A DNA stretch of 64,000 nucleotides from Octopus sinensis (taxonomy: Eukaryota), in contig NC_043009.1 of assembly GCF_006345805.1 (NCBI RefSeq), positions 54,870,001 to 54,934,000 on the forward strand, given 5' to 3'. Positions 25,206-38,775 of the stretch are shown piece by piece (within the stretch, counting starts at the first letter, position 1; each line of letters opens with the position of its first letter). Below the pieces are notes generated by a model. That model was given only the letters and a program-made list of their open reading frames with translations. It was not told the origin of the DNA and made no database searches. The position numbers were made by a program, and so were the translations under genes.

Positions 25206-25341
25206 ACTCACAATAATAAAACTGTGAAGGTCTATAAACATCGGATATAGATTTACAAACTCTACACTCCAAATTAACTTTTAATAAAAAAAAATATGAA
25301 AAATATAAAGTAAAACAGATAAAACTTGAACATAGTTCTTT

Positions 25342-25742
25342 TACTCTTTTACTTGTTTCAGTCATATGACTGCGGCCATACTGGAGCACTGCCTTTAGTC
25401 GAGCAAATCAACCCCGGGACTTATTCTTTGTAAGCCCAGTACTTATTCTATCCGTCTCTTTTGCCGAACCGCTAAGTGACGGGGACGTAAACACACCAGC
25501 ATCGGTTGTCAAGCAATGCTAGGGGGACAAACACAGACACACAAACACACGCATATACATATATATATACATATATACGACAGGCTTCTTTCAGTTTCCA
25601 TCTACCACATCCACTCACAAGGCATTGGTCGGCCCGGGGCTATAGCAGAAGACACTTGCCCAAGATGCCACGCAGTGGGACTAAACCCGGAACCATGTGG
25701 TTGATTAGCAAGCTACTTACCGCAGAGCCACTCCTGCGCCTA
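25342..25742 (-). mobile_element. SINE family A, full length and young
   Basis: Nearly identical to 38366-38775 and 46373-46769; central (TA/CA) microsatellite; CpGs retained. Confidence 0.9.
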
Positions 25743-27184
25743 GTTGTTTATTTAATGAAACATGAATACACTATTAAGTGTATGTCTTCAACCTGGTCGC
25801 TGGTACTTTATTCTACTGCATCATGTTGTTACAAAAAGCACTGGAAGATTTGCATTTTTATTACATTTAATAAAAATCAAGATCGTTTATTATGCTTTGA
25901 AATCCATTTCAGATTTGTATTGATGAAACTGATTTAAATATGCAATTAATATTGATTGATTTGCAATCAAATAGTGTGCTGAAATTATGATTTCATGTTG
26001 AAATTTAAAAAAAAGAAAAGAATTTTTTTTTTTAATTTGTTGTAGCAAAGCAAATAACTACAGCAATATCAGGCATTGTTTCCATATTTGGAAATGCTTG
26101 TGTGAGTAAACAGCTATTTTCCCAGATTGAGTTACAAGACAAAAATAAATAAAAATCACTCAAGATTAATCATTGATGCATGAAATGAGTTTATAGTTCA
26201 GAGTTTCCAATTTTTTTTTTTTTTTTTTTCATTTTTTAAATTTTCTCAAGCCTTCAGATTCATAAAGTCAGTTATTTGGGTTCTATGGCATATAAGTGAC
26301 TAAGATCTCAACATCCCCTCTGAATGGGAAACTGGACAATTTTAGGAGTCAAGGCCAGCAATTTTGACAGGGTGGACTCTGGCCTTACCAGCTCTGGACA
26401 AACCATCCAGCCCATGCTGGCATAGAAAACAGATGTTGAATGATGATGATGATGTTGATGACGACGACGACGATGATGATGAAAGGAGAAGACAAGTTGA
26501 TTACATGGACCCCAGTACTTGATTGGTACTTTATTTCATTAAGTCCAAATGGATGAAAGACAAAACTGACCTTGCGAGCATTTGAACTCAAAATGTTATA
26601 GAGTCGGAAGAAATGCTGCTAAGCATTTTGTCTGATGTGCTAACAATTTTCTAACAAGGTAGAGGTTAGTGAGATGGACAGGTGCAGTTAGAGGTGAAGT
26701 ACATTCAACAAGTCCAGAGGAGCAGAGATTATTGCTGTGGTGAATATAGAGATATAGGGAAGACAATTCTATAATAAGTAAAGGTTAAAGAGCATTGAAG
26801 AGGAAATGAGTTTGTTTTCTTATTTTTATAAAGCAACCAAGTCATACCACTAGGCTGCTTCATATGAGAGTGCAACAAACTTAAGTACTAAACAATGTGA
26901 GGTGAAAATACTGAAGCAATGGACTGGGTACCTAACTGCTAGACTACTTCAGGTAACATTGCAGCAATATATTGTGTGTTAAGAGCCAGCAGACTACTTC
27001 AGATGACATTGCAACAGATGGTGTCAAACCACTTACCTGAGATGACAACATCACAAACCTAACCAATGAACTACTTCAGACTGGATACCTAACCCCACGG
27101 CTCACCTGCTAGGTGAGCTTAGGAGAGAGATACAACAGAGCACTATTCCAACATCTTGAGACAGTGCTGTTGCACACACACACA

Positions 27185-27231
<47 letters not shown>

Positions 27232-30200
27232 CACAAACACATGCAGACTTATATACACACATGCTAAGAAAGACTATTTCACTAACAGATTGGCATAATG
27301 TTGCTCAAAAACACACTCCAACCTGTGACCCACAGTAAAACTTCAACCCTTGGCCCATAAATGTTTTGTATCTTTTCTCTGACTTTTTCTACTACTACTA
27401 CTACTACCACTTCCACCACCACCGCCACTACTACTACTATTAAAGTAGCCACTATTCCTTGGATCTGATTGGTCTTGTGCTAACACCATCCAAGCACCCT
27501 TGACTCACTTGCGTCTCCTCCTCCTCCTCTTGATACATTTTTTCCACCCACACCAGGATTGCACTAACCAAGAGAACGGGGTGGGAGGGATGGGAAGGAG
27601 AAGGAAGAGAAGAGTAATGAGCTGAAAGGAGAGGGAAGAAGTAAATGAGAGAAAGAGAAGAAAGAAAAAAAAGAAAGAGATGTTGAAAGAAGGAGAAAGG
27701 AAGATAACGAAAGGCAAAGAGATGAAGGAAGAAACAGATGAAGACAAGGAAGAGGGAAAAGGAGATACAGGAGAAATGTAAAGAAGTAAATGATGAAGAA
27801 AGAGAAGAAAAAAGAAAAACAGTGCCTGGAGTGACAACCACAAAAACTACAAGAACAAGAAATTCAACAACAACAATATCCAACAACAACAGTCATAAAT
27901 CTAAATGAGATCCAAGTAAATCAAGTTGGATCAGAAACCTTCTAAAAATGGATGTTTGCAGTCAAGAGTGAAGTTTTAAGTGAATTAATTTGTAGCAAGT
28001 CAACTGTTCAGGAGTGGTGCATTCTACTCCTTCAGCTAAAAATTACCATTCTCAGAGAGTTAAAATATCAACCTTCTCTTTGATGTCTCCTACATTTCAT
28101 TGTAAAGAAAAAAAGACAAAACAAAAAAAATAAAAAACAGAAAGAGCAGAGTGGTGCAGTGGAAATGTATTGGACCCATAATCCAGAGGTCCATAGATCT
28201 AAATTACAAGGTGCAGGCATAGCTGTGTGGTAAGAAGTTTGCTTCTTGACCACATGGTGCTGGGTTTAGTTCCACTGCATGGCATCTTGGTAAGTGTCTT
28301 CTAGTATAGCTTCAGACCAACCAAAGCATTATGAATGGAGTTGGTAGATGAAAAGTAGTCCGTCGTATATATGGGGTCATCCCATAAATAATGTGGTCTT
28401 TTTCAGTTTTTTTCAGGGGGACAGGTTAAACCGCCAGCATCAACTTGTTATAAAAGCAGGTAGTAGTTTTAACTTTGTACTTACTCTTAGTGCAAGTTTT
28501 GAAGAGTACAGTTTAATTTTAACAGTTATTTTGTTGTTGTTGTTTAGTCCCAAAATCAAATCTGATTAAACAGACATAAACAAAAGCATTCCAGCTTCAA
28601 CCATCACCTTTTCCTTTTGTGTGTGTGTGTGTGTGTTTCTCTAACTACACTATCCAATATTTCCTTCCTTCTTTGGCTGCTATTTCTAGCAAGTCAAATG
28701 ACTGCATAGAAATTCATTACCAGGTTGTTGGTGGATAGCAGAAAAATGACAACCTTTTACTGAACAAGAGGATTTACTACTTCTAAGCAGACTTGGTAAA
28801 GTATTTTAAGAGATTAACAATGATTTTTCTGAGATTATTTAAAGCAAAGCAGGCTTACAGAAAAGAATGATTACTTTGTCATTTCTGGATTAATGCAGCT
28901 AGCAAGTTCACTCGGTGCACATGAGACCAATTAGGAAACTGCTGTGTAGTTGCTTGAGGGGCAAAAAATAGCAGTCAAATCACCTTCGGATCAAACCCAA
29001 CCATCTTACCAAAGAGGATGGTACATTGGATCATATAATCCAGGATACACTATATCTGGATGAAAAGATGAGACAGGCATGCCCGGAAAGCCTTTGATCA
29101 TAGTTCTACTTGATTAGAGCTGAACTGGATTAAACAACATCAATTAAGTGTTCGAGACTATTGTCGTATTATCCTTTTATTACCCTGAGGTTGATAAACT
29201 AATGGTTTTTAATTTAAGCACAAGACCAGTAATTTTGAGGGGAGAAGGTCACTTGATAGCATTTACTGCAGTACAATATCCTGCATGGCCTAGTGGTAGG
29301 ATGTTGCACTTATGATTGCAAGACCGTGGTTTCAATTCTTGGACTAGGTGGTGCATTATGTTCTTCAGCAAGACACTCCATATCACATTGCACCAGTCAC
29401 TGAGCTGCAATAAATAATCTTGCAACGGACCTGCATCCCATTCAAGGGAAGTAATGTGATGTCCATCATTAATACACAATGGAAACCAAGGAACCAGCCT
29501 AATCAGGCCCTGGTATTTGTAATATAACAAATGAATGAAGTACTTAATTGATACTTTATTTTATTGACCCTGAAAGAATGAAAGATGAAGTTGATTCAGG
29601 CAGAATTTGAACTCAAAATACCAATCAAGTACTGGGGGGTGATGTAATCAAATATACTTCACCCTTAAATTACAGAATTAATTTCTATTATTATTATCAT
29701 TATTATTATTATTATTATTATTTAAGATAATGAGGATAATTTGGCAGAATCGTTGGAGCATCAAACACAATATCATGTGGTAGTTCATCTGACTCATTTC
29801 AAATCTCATCAAGGTCAACTCAACCTTTCATGCTTCCTGGGATTGATGAAATTAAGAACCAGTCAAGTACTGGGCTTGCTCGATTTAATTGATTCACTCC
29901 CAAAATTTCTAGCTTTGTGCATTTGTTAGAAGACAATGACAACTACCACCACCACCATCACCCCTACAACTACTACTAATAATACTACCAAAATCACAAA
30001 CCACCATTCCTATCACAACTACTGCTACTGCTTCTACAGAGATTGGTGGGTGGCTGAACCATTTTCCTTAATTGTCTTTCCTTTCTTTCATGCCTTTAAT
30101 TTTTCTTTTCTCCCTATTATTCTTTCACTCTTTCAAATTTTCTTCCATGCAGCATTATTCTCTTTCATTCATTATGTTGTGAGTTTAAAATCCTGCTAAA

Positions 30201-30584
30201 GTTGACTGATCTGGGTTTGACAAAGTAAGTACCAAACAGGTCACAAGTCAGTGAATCAACTATCTCTTCTCCCAGGAGATTGTAGCCTTGTCTAGAAAGT
30301 TAGAAAGTATTAGTGGGGGAACAAAAAAACTTAGAACTTACCAGAACATATAGTCAAATGTTCTTTGTACCTGAATTTTGTAAATGTGTGGAAGAGAGAA
30401 CTCAATCCCAAGCAATGTTTAACTGCTTATTTGAAGCTAAAACTCTTTTTGTTGTAACTCAGAGTTTCACATTCTAAAATATTAATCTGACATGAAATTT
30501 TGAATGCCAGCAAAAATGACTTTAACTTCAAATGTGTGCACACATGCACATGTACACATGTATGTATATATGTATGCCTTTGCA

Positions 30585-30623
<39 letters not shown>

Positions 30624-30649
30624 ACAGCTAATTCAGCAGAGAATTAACA

Positions 30650-30790
30650 TTTATATAATGCACTCTGGGTTTGTACAAGGATAAGGAACTACCAATGAGA
30701 CAACTACAAAAGTTCTTAACTGAGAAAAAGCCTCTATAACATTTGTTGATCTGGAAAAGGCTTTGACAGGGCATGAAGCTATATAGCAGA
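30650..30790 (+). mobile_element. Reverse-transcriptase fragment (RTE-like LINE), frameshifted
   Basis: Pieces GFV.G.GTT...RQLQ...KPL...FVDLEKA(F)D correspond to non-LTR RT subdomains. Confidence 0.7.
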
Positions 30791-32282
30791 GCAGTTGTTT
30801 AAAAAAATAAGTATAAATTAATGGAGTATCTTCAGCAAAGAGTTTAGCATATGTGTCGGTATCCATCAGTAGTCAGTTTTCACCCTCACTTCCTTCCTTC
30901 ATTTAGCATAGGAGTTTAAGACTAATTAATTGTTTATGGGAACTCTTGTATACCTATGACCTATTTCTCATAATTGAATCTGACAAGAAAAAAAAATAAC
31001 ATAAGAAATTCCAAATGTGGAAACAAGGTTGAGAATCAAGAATCTTAAAATGAACCAAGCAAGCATGAAAGAGCTTCTTCCAGTTTCTGTCTACTAAATT
31101 CACTCACAAGGTTTTGGTCGGCCTAGGGCTATAACAGAAGACACTTGCCCAAGGTGCCACACAATGGGACTGAACCTGGAACCATGTGACAAGAAAGCAA
31201 GCTTCTTACCACACAGACGTGCCTGTACCTAGATATGTTAAAAATATATTTACTAACTATATGAATACCACTCTCTCTCTCTCTCCGTGCTTATTTTGAA
31301 AGCTCACTGTTTATTGGCGCTGTTGTTATTTCATAGAAGATAGTTATAGTTCGATACAACTTTGATCATATTTCAAAGGCGGCTTTATTAAATGAGAGCC
31401 AGTTTAAATAATCTAGCTGTAAAATTAATCATAGAAGCAGACTTGACAGCAAACACCAAGGTATGTCATTACAGAATTTATTATTAACACCAATTTTATG
31501 TCTGTCTTTAATAAAACATTTCTCATTTGAATCTTTCCTTCTTACATAATTGCACCTTATTCTTTTCTCTCTACTTTCCTTTCTTACACCCTTTCTTCCT
31601 TCATCCTTTGTCTGCTACTTAATCCAGCCCTTCCACTCCCCTGTGCATGTTATGTGAAATTATGTTTCCCAACTATTCTACAAAATAACAGTCATTTCTA
31701 TTGCTGTTCTGTCATTCTAGAATCATCTAACATGGAAAAGACTAAGAGATTTCCCTGGAGTTTTACCATCATTGTGTCACTATCAAGCGTTTCATTGGCA
31801 AGATTTAATTAATATAGATCTCATATCCAACTGCAGAAACACCACCAACATTCAACTTGGCACCATGACAGTCCGTACAGAATATCCAGGACTTCCAAAG
31901 ACATGTTAAAATTAAAGGACAGCAATCATATAGTAATTCACAGTGGGACATCGTTTATCAACAGATTCGTTATACCATTCTGAATGTGAAAAGGAATTAT
32001 CATTCTAAGGTCTTAACTGACTTTATGGTTCAAGATTAGGCCAGCACTATAGCAGGTATGTGAACCTAGTTCTGCTAGTTCCTGGAATAGCTTACAGGAC
32101 AAACAGACCTTTATTTTGCTTGCCAAGAAAAATGAGTTCATGGCTTTTGGTGCTTTGGTATTGAAGTTAGCCCACTATGGTTAGATCACTTCAGTATGGC
32201 TAATTCTCTTCTGAATAAACTGTAGCTATGACTACAAGCATTTTCACAACTTCAAAGTCACGCTTATTAAGAAAGATATTCA

Positions 32283-32325
<43 letters not shown>

Positions 32326-33759
32326 TAGGCAGTGAGTTGACAGAATCATTAGCACACCAGGCAAAATGCTAAGTGGAATTTCATCTGACTTTCCATTCTG
32401 AATTCAGATGTTGCTGAGGTCGACTTTGCCTTTCATCCTTTCGGGCTTGATAAAATAGTACCAGTGGAGTACTGGGGTCAATGTAATTGACTAGCCCCCT
32501 TTCCCAAAATTTCAGGCCTTGTGCTTATAATAGAAAGGATTATTATTATTATTATTATTATCATTATTAATATTATAAGGATGGTAGATTGGTAATTTGA
32601 TTAGAATATTAGAAAAAAATACCTTGCAGTATTTGTCATAGGTTTTTGCATCCTGAGTTCACATACTGATAGGGTCAGCTTTGATTTTCATCTTTTTGGG
32701 TCTGCAGTCAAGTACTGAGGCTAATATATTTAACTAACCCCCTCCACTCAAAATTCAGACTTTGTACCTATGTTGGAAATAGGTGGCAAGCTGGCAGAAT
32801 CGTTAGTGCGCTGGATGAAATGCTTAGCAGTATTTCGCTCATCGCTATGTTTTGAGTTCAAATTCCACCAAAGTCGACTTTGCTTTTCATCCTTCTGGGG
32901 TTGGTAAATTAAGTACAAGTATAATACTGGGGTCAATGTAATCAACTAGTCACCGTCCCCCAAAATTTCAGGCCTTGTGCCTTTAGTAAAAAGGATTGTT
33001 ATTATTATTATTATGATTATTATAACTAAAGATGCTGCCGGCCTAGATTTCATCATCTGTCCCTTTAGTTAGCAATAAAATACCAGTAATTACTAGGTTT
33101 GCACTCTCTCCTCAACTAAAATTGCCATGTGCTTCATAAAACAAGCAAACAAGCAAGCAAAATCAATATTTCAAATATCTGTATAAAAGAAACAGCAACT
33201 ACCACAACAACAACAAACTAACAACTTAATAATGTAACTTATTAGTTAGACTGCATGCTGAAGTGATCAATACCGTACCTATTGCTTACTAAACTTCTAA
33301 ATATTATAACTGTGTCTTTTTTTATTTTTTGTCTGCTGTCTACTGAAGACAACAGCATGGTTCACGAATACACTCACAAACACGCTCACAGAAAAGACAT
33401 ACAAAGTGCACGCACACACACACACACACACACACATACATACATAAGCCTCACATAATTTTCAGAAGTGGTTCGGTGGACTGTATGTAATTATGTAGCT
33501 TATATTCATTCAAAAAGACGGTTGACCAGGACTCATTAATGGCTAACGAGGTAGTATGCTTACTAGATCACTGCTTGCAAACACATGACAACAAACAGAC
33601 ACAAAATACACATGCACAAACAACAACAAAAATCGCCGCCATCATCATCTCTTCCTCCTTGCTTCCAGAAGATGTAACTACATCTCCTGAAAGTAGCTAC
33701 CGAGACAGGATAGATAATGCACCTGTCAAAGCCATGCCAGCATGGAAACACGGAAACAA

Positions 33760-34120
33760 AACTAATGATGATGATGGTGGTGGTGGTGGTGGTCGTTGTG
33801 ATAATGATGGTGGAAATGCTGATGTAGCTGCTGATGATGATGAGGATGATTCTGATGGTAATGATAGGGGTAGTGATGATGGTGAATAGAGATGATATGA
33901 TGATGATGATGATGATGAGTAGGAGGATGGTTGCTGATGCAGGCGGTGGTGATTGGGGTAGTGGTGATGATTTGGTTAATTGTGGTGGTGATAATGCTAG
34001 TGGTAAGCATGACAATCATTGCAATTATGATGATGATGATGATGACTGTGGTGAAGGAGATGATATTAATGATTGTGGCAGTGTTGATGACGATGATGGT
34101 AGTAGTAATGCTGCTGCTAC
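33760..34120. repeat. Degenerate (GAT/GGT)n trinucleotide tract
   Basis: Directly visible; yields poly-M/D/H/I ORFs. Confidence 0.85.
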
Positions 34121-35309
34121 TGCTACTGCCGCCGTTCAAGAATTTGGACCTGGAGATCTCCATTTCCTGCAACTTCGAGGGCCACCTCCCAGTGGTGTCG
34201 GGTGTCAACGAAGAGCCCTTGACTACAACAAGACGACCATTTTTTTTTTTTTTTCCAAGGTCTGGGGTCTCCTGTCCCTAAGCCCTAGACCATCACCTAA
34301 TCACCCTTACCCGGCTTGTTGCTTAACAATAACAACAACAACTACTACTACTGCCAATGATGATCATGATAGTGATAAGGATGGTGGTGATAGTGGTAGT
34401 GATGAAGGCTGATGATGGTGATGGCAGTATGCATGACGATGATTATGGTTGTGTTAAAGGTGATAATGATGGTTAGCAAGTGATGATGATGATGACGATG
34501 ATGTAACTATAGACAATTTCGTGATATTTAAGTCCAGTTGAAACTTCCTGTTGCAGCAAAAATTAGTTTGCATACTGTTAATAGACACACATTGCACTTG
34601 GCAACATTTTGTGCACTTTGCTCACACCTGACATTTTGTTTTATAGCACTTGCCACTGCTGTTTGAAGACAATCTCTTCAATTAACATTGGCTAATATTT
34701 CTTCTTTCCATGGAGAATTTTAAGAAAACAAATTGGATTTCATGACTACAAATAGAAAGTAAACTCTCTTTAGAGATTCCGATTGAATAATTTTTCTATT
34801 TTGCCAATTTTCGAGAAATGATCTTTCAATGCAGGATGTCAAAAGCAAAATAAAATTCATAATTCATGACCCAATTCAGATCATACATAATCATCATCAC
34901 CACCACCATCACCATCATCATCATCATCATCATCATTTAACATCTGTGTTCCATGCTGGTATGGGTTGGTCAGTTCAACAAGATCCATCTAGCTTGAGGG
35001 CTGTGTCAGTTTCCAGTGTCTGCTTTGACAAGGTTTCTATGGCTGGTTTGAATGCCCTTCCTAATACCAACCACGTTTACAGGATATTGTGTATAAATGC
35101 ATGCAGCAAACCATAAGTAACTGGAATGGACAAGTAACTGAGGAGATGATAGTTCAAGTCTAATCACCAACACTGGAATAAGATCTTGCTGCAACATTTA
35201 GCTCTTACTGACTTTGCTGTTATTGTCATTTAGCTCCAGGTTGGCTTGGATGAAGCAAACCTTTGATTGAAAACATTCCATTTGTGGCTATTTTATTTTA
35301 CAGATAATG

Positions 35310-36025
35310 AATGAGAACAGCTGTGTGAAGAAGTGTCAGACCCAAACAGTAGAGGGAGCCCGTGGAAGAGGTAGATCCAGGAAGAATGGGATGAGCATGA
35401 CCTTCAAACGTTGGGCCTCACAGAGGCAATGACAAGTGACCAAGACATTTGGAGATATGCCGTGCTTGAGAAGGCCCAGCAAGCAAAGTGAGATCATAGT
35501 CATGACCGATGCCAGTATCGCATCACTGGCCTGTTTAAAAACACCCTTCAATTGTTAGGCAGTATGCTGTGCTTGTGAAGACCAGTTGAACCAAGTGAAA
35601 TTGTAATCATGCCTGATGCCAGTGCCACCTGACTGGCACCTGTGCCAGTGACATGAAAAAAGCACCATTTGAGAGTGACCGATGCCAGTGCCACCTGACT
35701 GGTATTTGTGCCAGTGAGATGAAAAAAAGCACCATTTGTGAGTGACCATGAATGCCTGACTAGCACCCATGCCGGTGGCATATAAAAAGCATCATTCAAA
35801 TGTGGTTGATGCCAGTTCTGCCTGACTGAGTCCTGTGCCGGTGGCACATAAAAGCACCCACTACACCCTTAGAGTGGGGTTGGCATTAGGAAGGGCATCC
35901 AGCTGTAGAAACCAACCCAAATCAGATTGGAGCATGGCACAGCCTCACAGCTTGCCAGTTTTCAGTCAAACCGTCCAACCCATACCAGCATGGAAAGCAG
36001 ATGTTAAAAGATGATGATGATGATG
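35310..36025 (+). mobile_element. 5'-truncated RTE LINE 3' end with repeat-containing 3'UTR and (GAT)n tail
   Basis: ENSCVKKCQTQTVEGARGRGRSRK...DLQTLGLTEAMTSDQDIWRYAVLEK, then gatgccagtgccac repeats, ending catggaaagcagatgttaaaagatgatgatgatg. Links family C to an RTE parent. Confidence 0.85.
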
Positions 36026-36388
36026 ACAACGAGTACACTTAGGACTAAATTATCCAATAAGTTGTTTTTGTTTTTTAAGATGACAGTATTTTCTTTGTTA
36101 GCAAAAGTGAGAAATTTGGTTGTTATTTCATAGATGCATAAACGTTTTTATAAACAAATTCTGGCTTCAAAAACATATCTATCTATATATTTATTATTGT
36201 ATTTGATAGCATGTAAGATACACTCCACCCCCAAACCCAAAACGTCTGAAAAAAATCATACCAGCTTCTATATGTAAAGTTGAGTTTATATTACCTGCTT
36301 TAATGCACTAAGAACATTTTTCTGAATAAGTGCTGTGAGAATTAGGGTGCATCTAATATGCCCATGCATTTTTATGCCAACAAATATG

Positions 36389-36436
<48 letters not shown>

Positions 36437-36439
<3 letters not shown>

Positions 36440-36660
36440 GGTTGGCCAAAAGTCACCTGACAGTAAATCAAAAACCATTTAATTCCAAGATTTATTTATG
36501 TTTAACAACTGAATGAATTTAATAAAAGCATCTAAATACGAAAATTGTTCAAACTAAAGTCATTCTTGAGTGACACATTTTTCCATTTGAATCAAATCAG
36601 AATTACTGATAGTATTTATGGAATTTTGATTTACTGTTGGGTGACTTTTGACCAACTCTG
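36437..36660. mobile_element. Tc1/mariner-type MITE, 224 bp
   Basis: TIRs of about 37 bp (cagggttggccaaaagtcacctgacagtaaatcaaaa / ttttgatttactgttgggtgacttttgaccaactctg); TA on the left within (TA)n, TG on the right. Confidence 0.85.
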
Positions 36661-37540
36661 TGTGTGTGTTTGTGTGTGTATCAGGCACATGCCATCAGTA
36701 ATTACTCAGGGTAGGCACTTGGTGACATTTATGTAGTAAAACACACAAAAAATAAGCGAAATACAGGTGCATGACTAAGTTGAAGGCAGATTTACTTCTG
36801 CCTCTATAGCTCGTAAAGAAAACGTTGTTGTAGGAGTGTACGCAACATGTGTGCTACAGCATTACTATGCATAGTTTAAATACTGAGATTGAAAGGCAGG
36901 GGCAAATTAAGACTACCTAATCTACAAAAAAATTAAATATTTTGTATTTTATGTATAGTAATCAGAGTAACCTTCATAATTTTATAGAATTAGGTGCATA
37001 TTTTACCATAAAAGGAAAATGTTGCTATCAATCTATTTTATTCAAGGTAGGGTCTGCCTACCTTGTTGGCATGTCTGATGTGTGTGTGTATATATATATA
37101 TATATATTATATATATATATATATATAGGGAGAGAGAGAGAGGTGTGAAATTACAAGTGCCATCTGATTGATGAGAGCTAAATAGTTGATTCAGTTGCTT
37201 AAAGCCATGCTAAAACACCAACTACTCAGTCTGTCTTTGAAATATTTAACCTTGACTGAAACATTTCTGATGCAATCCTATCTTTTATTCAGCTAAAGTA
37301 TGTCCAGGATTATATTATCTAATGTATTCTTCCTACAGTTACTATGCTAAGTATGATTTTAGAGAAATCTGGCTGTTATTTCAAGGTGCTAAGTGATTAT
37401 ATAGATGCTCTTTCATGGAAAATAAAGTTAATAGGCATTATGGCAAACATTAGCACAAAGTTTCTTAATTCACACTTGCTCAAACTTGAGTCAGTTAAAT
37501 CAGATTATGGAAGCTGAAAGATTCTGTAATCTGTAATCTT

Positions 37541-37957
37541 AAGGCGGTGAGATGGAAGAAACATTAGCACGCTGGGCAAAATACTTAGTGGTATTTCGTC
37601 TGCCGATACATTCTGAGTTCAAATTCCGTCGAGGTCGACTTTGCCTTTCATCTTTTCAGGGTCAATTAAATAAGTACCAGTTATGCACTGAGGTCGATAT
37701 AATCGACTTAATCCGTTTGTCTGTCCTTGTTTGTCCCCTCTGTGTTTAGCCCCTTGTGGGTAATAAAGAAATAGGTATTTCGTCTGCCAATACGTTCTGA
37801 GTTCAAATTCCGCCGAGGTCGACTTTGCCTTTCATCTTTTCAGGGTCAATTAAATAAGTACCAGTTATGCACTGAGGTCGATATAATCGACTTAATCCGT
37901 TTGTCTGTCCTTGTTTCTCTCCTCTGTGTGTAGCCCCTTGTGGGCAGTAAAGAAATA
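37541..37957 (+). mobile_element. SINE family B with internal 184-bp tandem duplication and probable 14-bp TSD
   Basis: Units start at 37590 and 37774; gaagctgaaagatt at 37510-37523 and 37959-37972. Confidence 0.9.
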
Positions 37958-37981
37958 TGAAGCTGAAAGATTATAACTTAC

Positions 37982-38098
37982 CCATGTTTCCTTTTTCCGA
38001 ACGTTGTCCACAAAAATCAGGTGGGTGGCAGTTAAGTGTAAAGTACCTTCCGATGACTTGCGAGGGTTGACACGATCCAACCATTTCACATTCTCAAC
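37982..38098 (-). CDS. MTMR6: Myotubularin-related protein 6/7/8-like, internal coding exon (start of PH-GRAM domain; probable coding exon 2)
   Basis: Minus strand ttcttcaag|GTT...TGG|gtaagt; 117 nt, phase 0-0. Encodes VENVKWLDRVNPRKSSEGTLHLTATHLIFVDNVRKKETW, matching vertebrate MTMR6 VEQVKLLDRF...GTLYLTATHLLFID..KETW (from recall). Paralog (6/7/8) not resolvable. Confidence 0.93.
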
Positions 38099-38365
38099 CT
38101 TGAAGAAAGGAAGAAAAAAGAAGAGAAAGAATAAGAAAACAAGAATGGTGATTGAACTTCATGCAATAAAGGCATGGGATTCAAGTTTCACTGCAAAGCG
38201 AGATGAGGAATGGGTGAGGAAGGTGAGTGGAAGTAGGTGAAGGAAATAACAATTAACTAGGATCTTTAAGATTTCATTTCTTTCTTTATTGTTGTTGTTG
38301 TTGACAGAAGCATTAGCACATCGGAGAAAATGTTTAGTGACATTTCTTTCGGCTCTCTCTCTTTT

Positions 38366-38775
38366 CTCTTTTACTTGTTTCAGCCATTTTGACTGCGGCC
38401 ATGCTGGAGCACCACTTTTTAGTCAATCAAATCGACCCCGGAACTTATTCTTTGTAAGCCCAGTACTTATCCTATCGAACTCTTTTGCCGAACCGCTAAG
38501 TGACGGGGACATAAACACACCAGCATCGGTTGTCAAGCAATGCTAGAGGGACAAACACAGACACACAAACATATACACACACATACATATATATATATAT
38601 ATACATATATACGACAGGCTTCTTTCAGTTTCCGTCTACCAAATCCACTCACAAGGCATTGGTCGGCCCGAGGCTATAGCAGAAGACACTTGCCCAAGAT
38701 GCCACGCAGTGGGATTGAACCCGGAACCATGTAGTTGGTTAGCAAGCTACTTACTACACAGCCACTCCTGCACCT
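38366..38775 (-). mobile_element. SINE family A, full length
   Basis: Same sequence as 25342-25742; ORF track shows shared peptides (RQASFSFRLPNPLTRHWSARGYSRRHLPKMPRSG). Confidence 0.9.
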
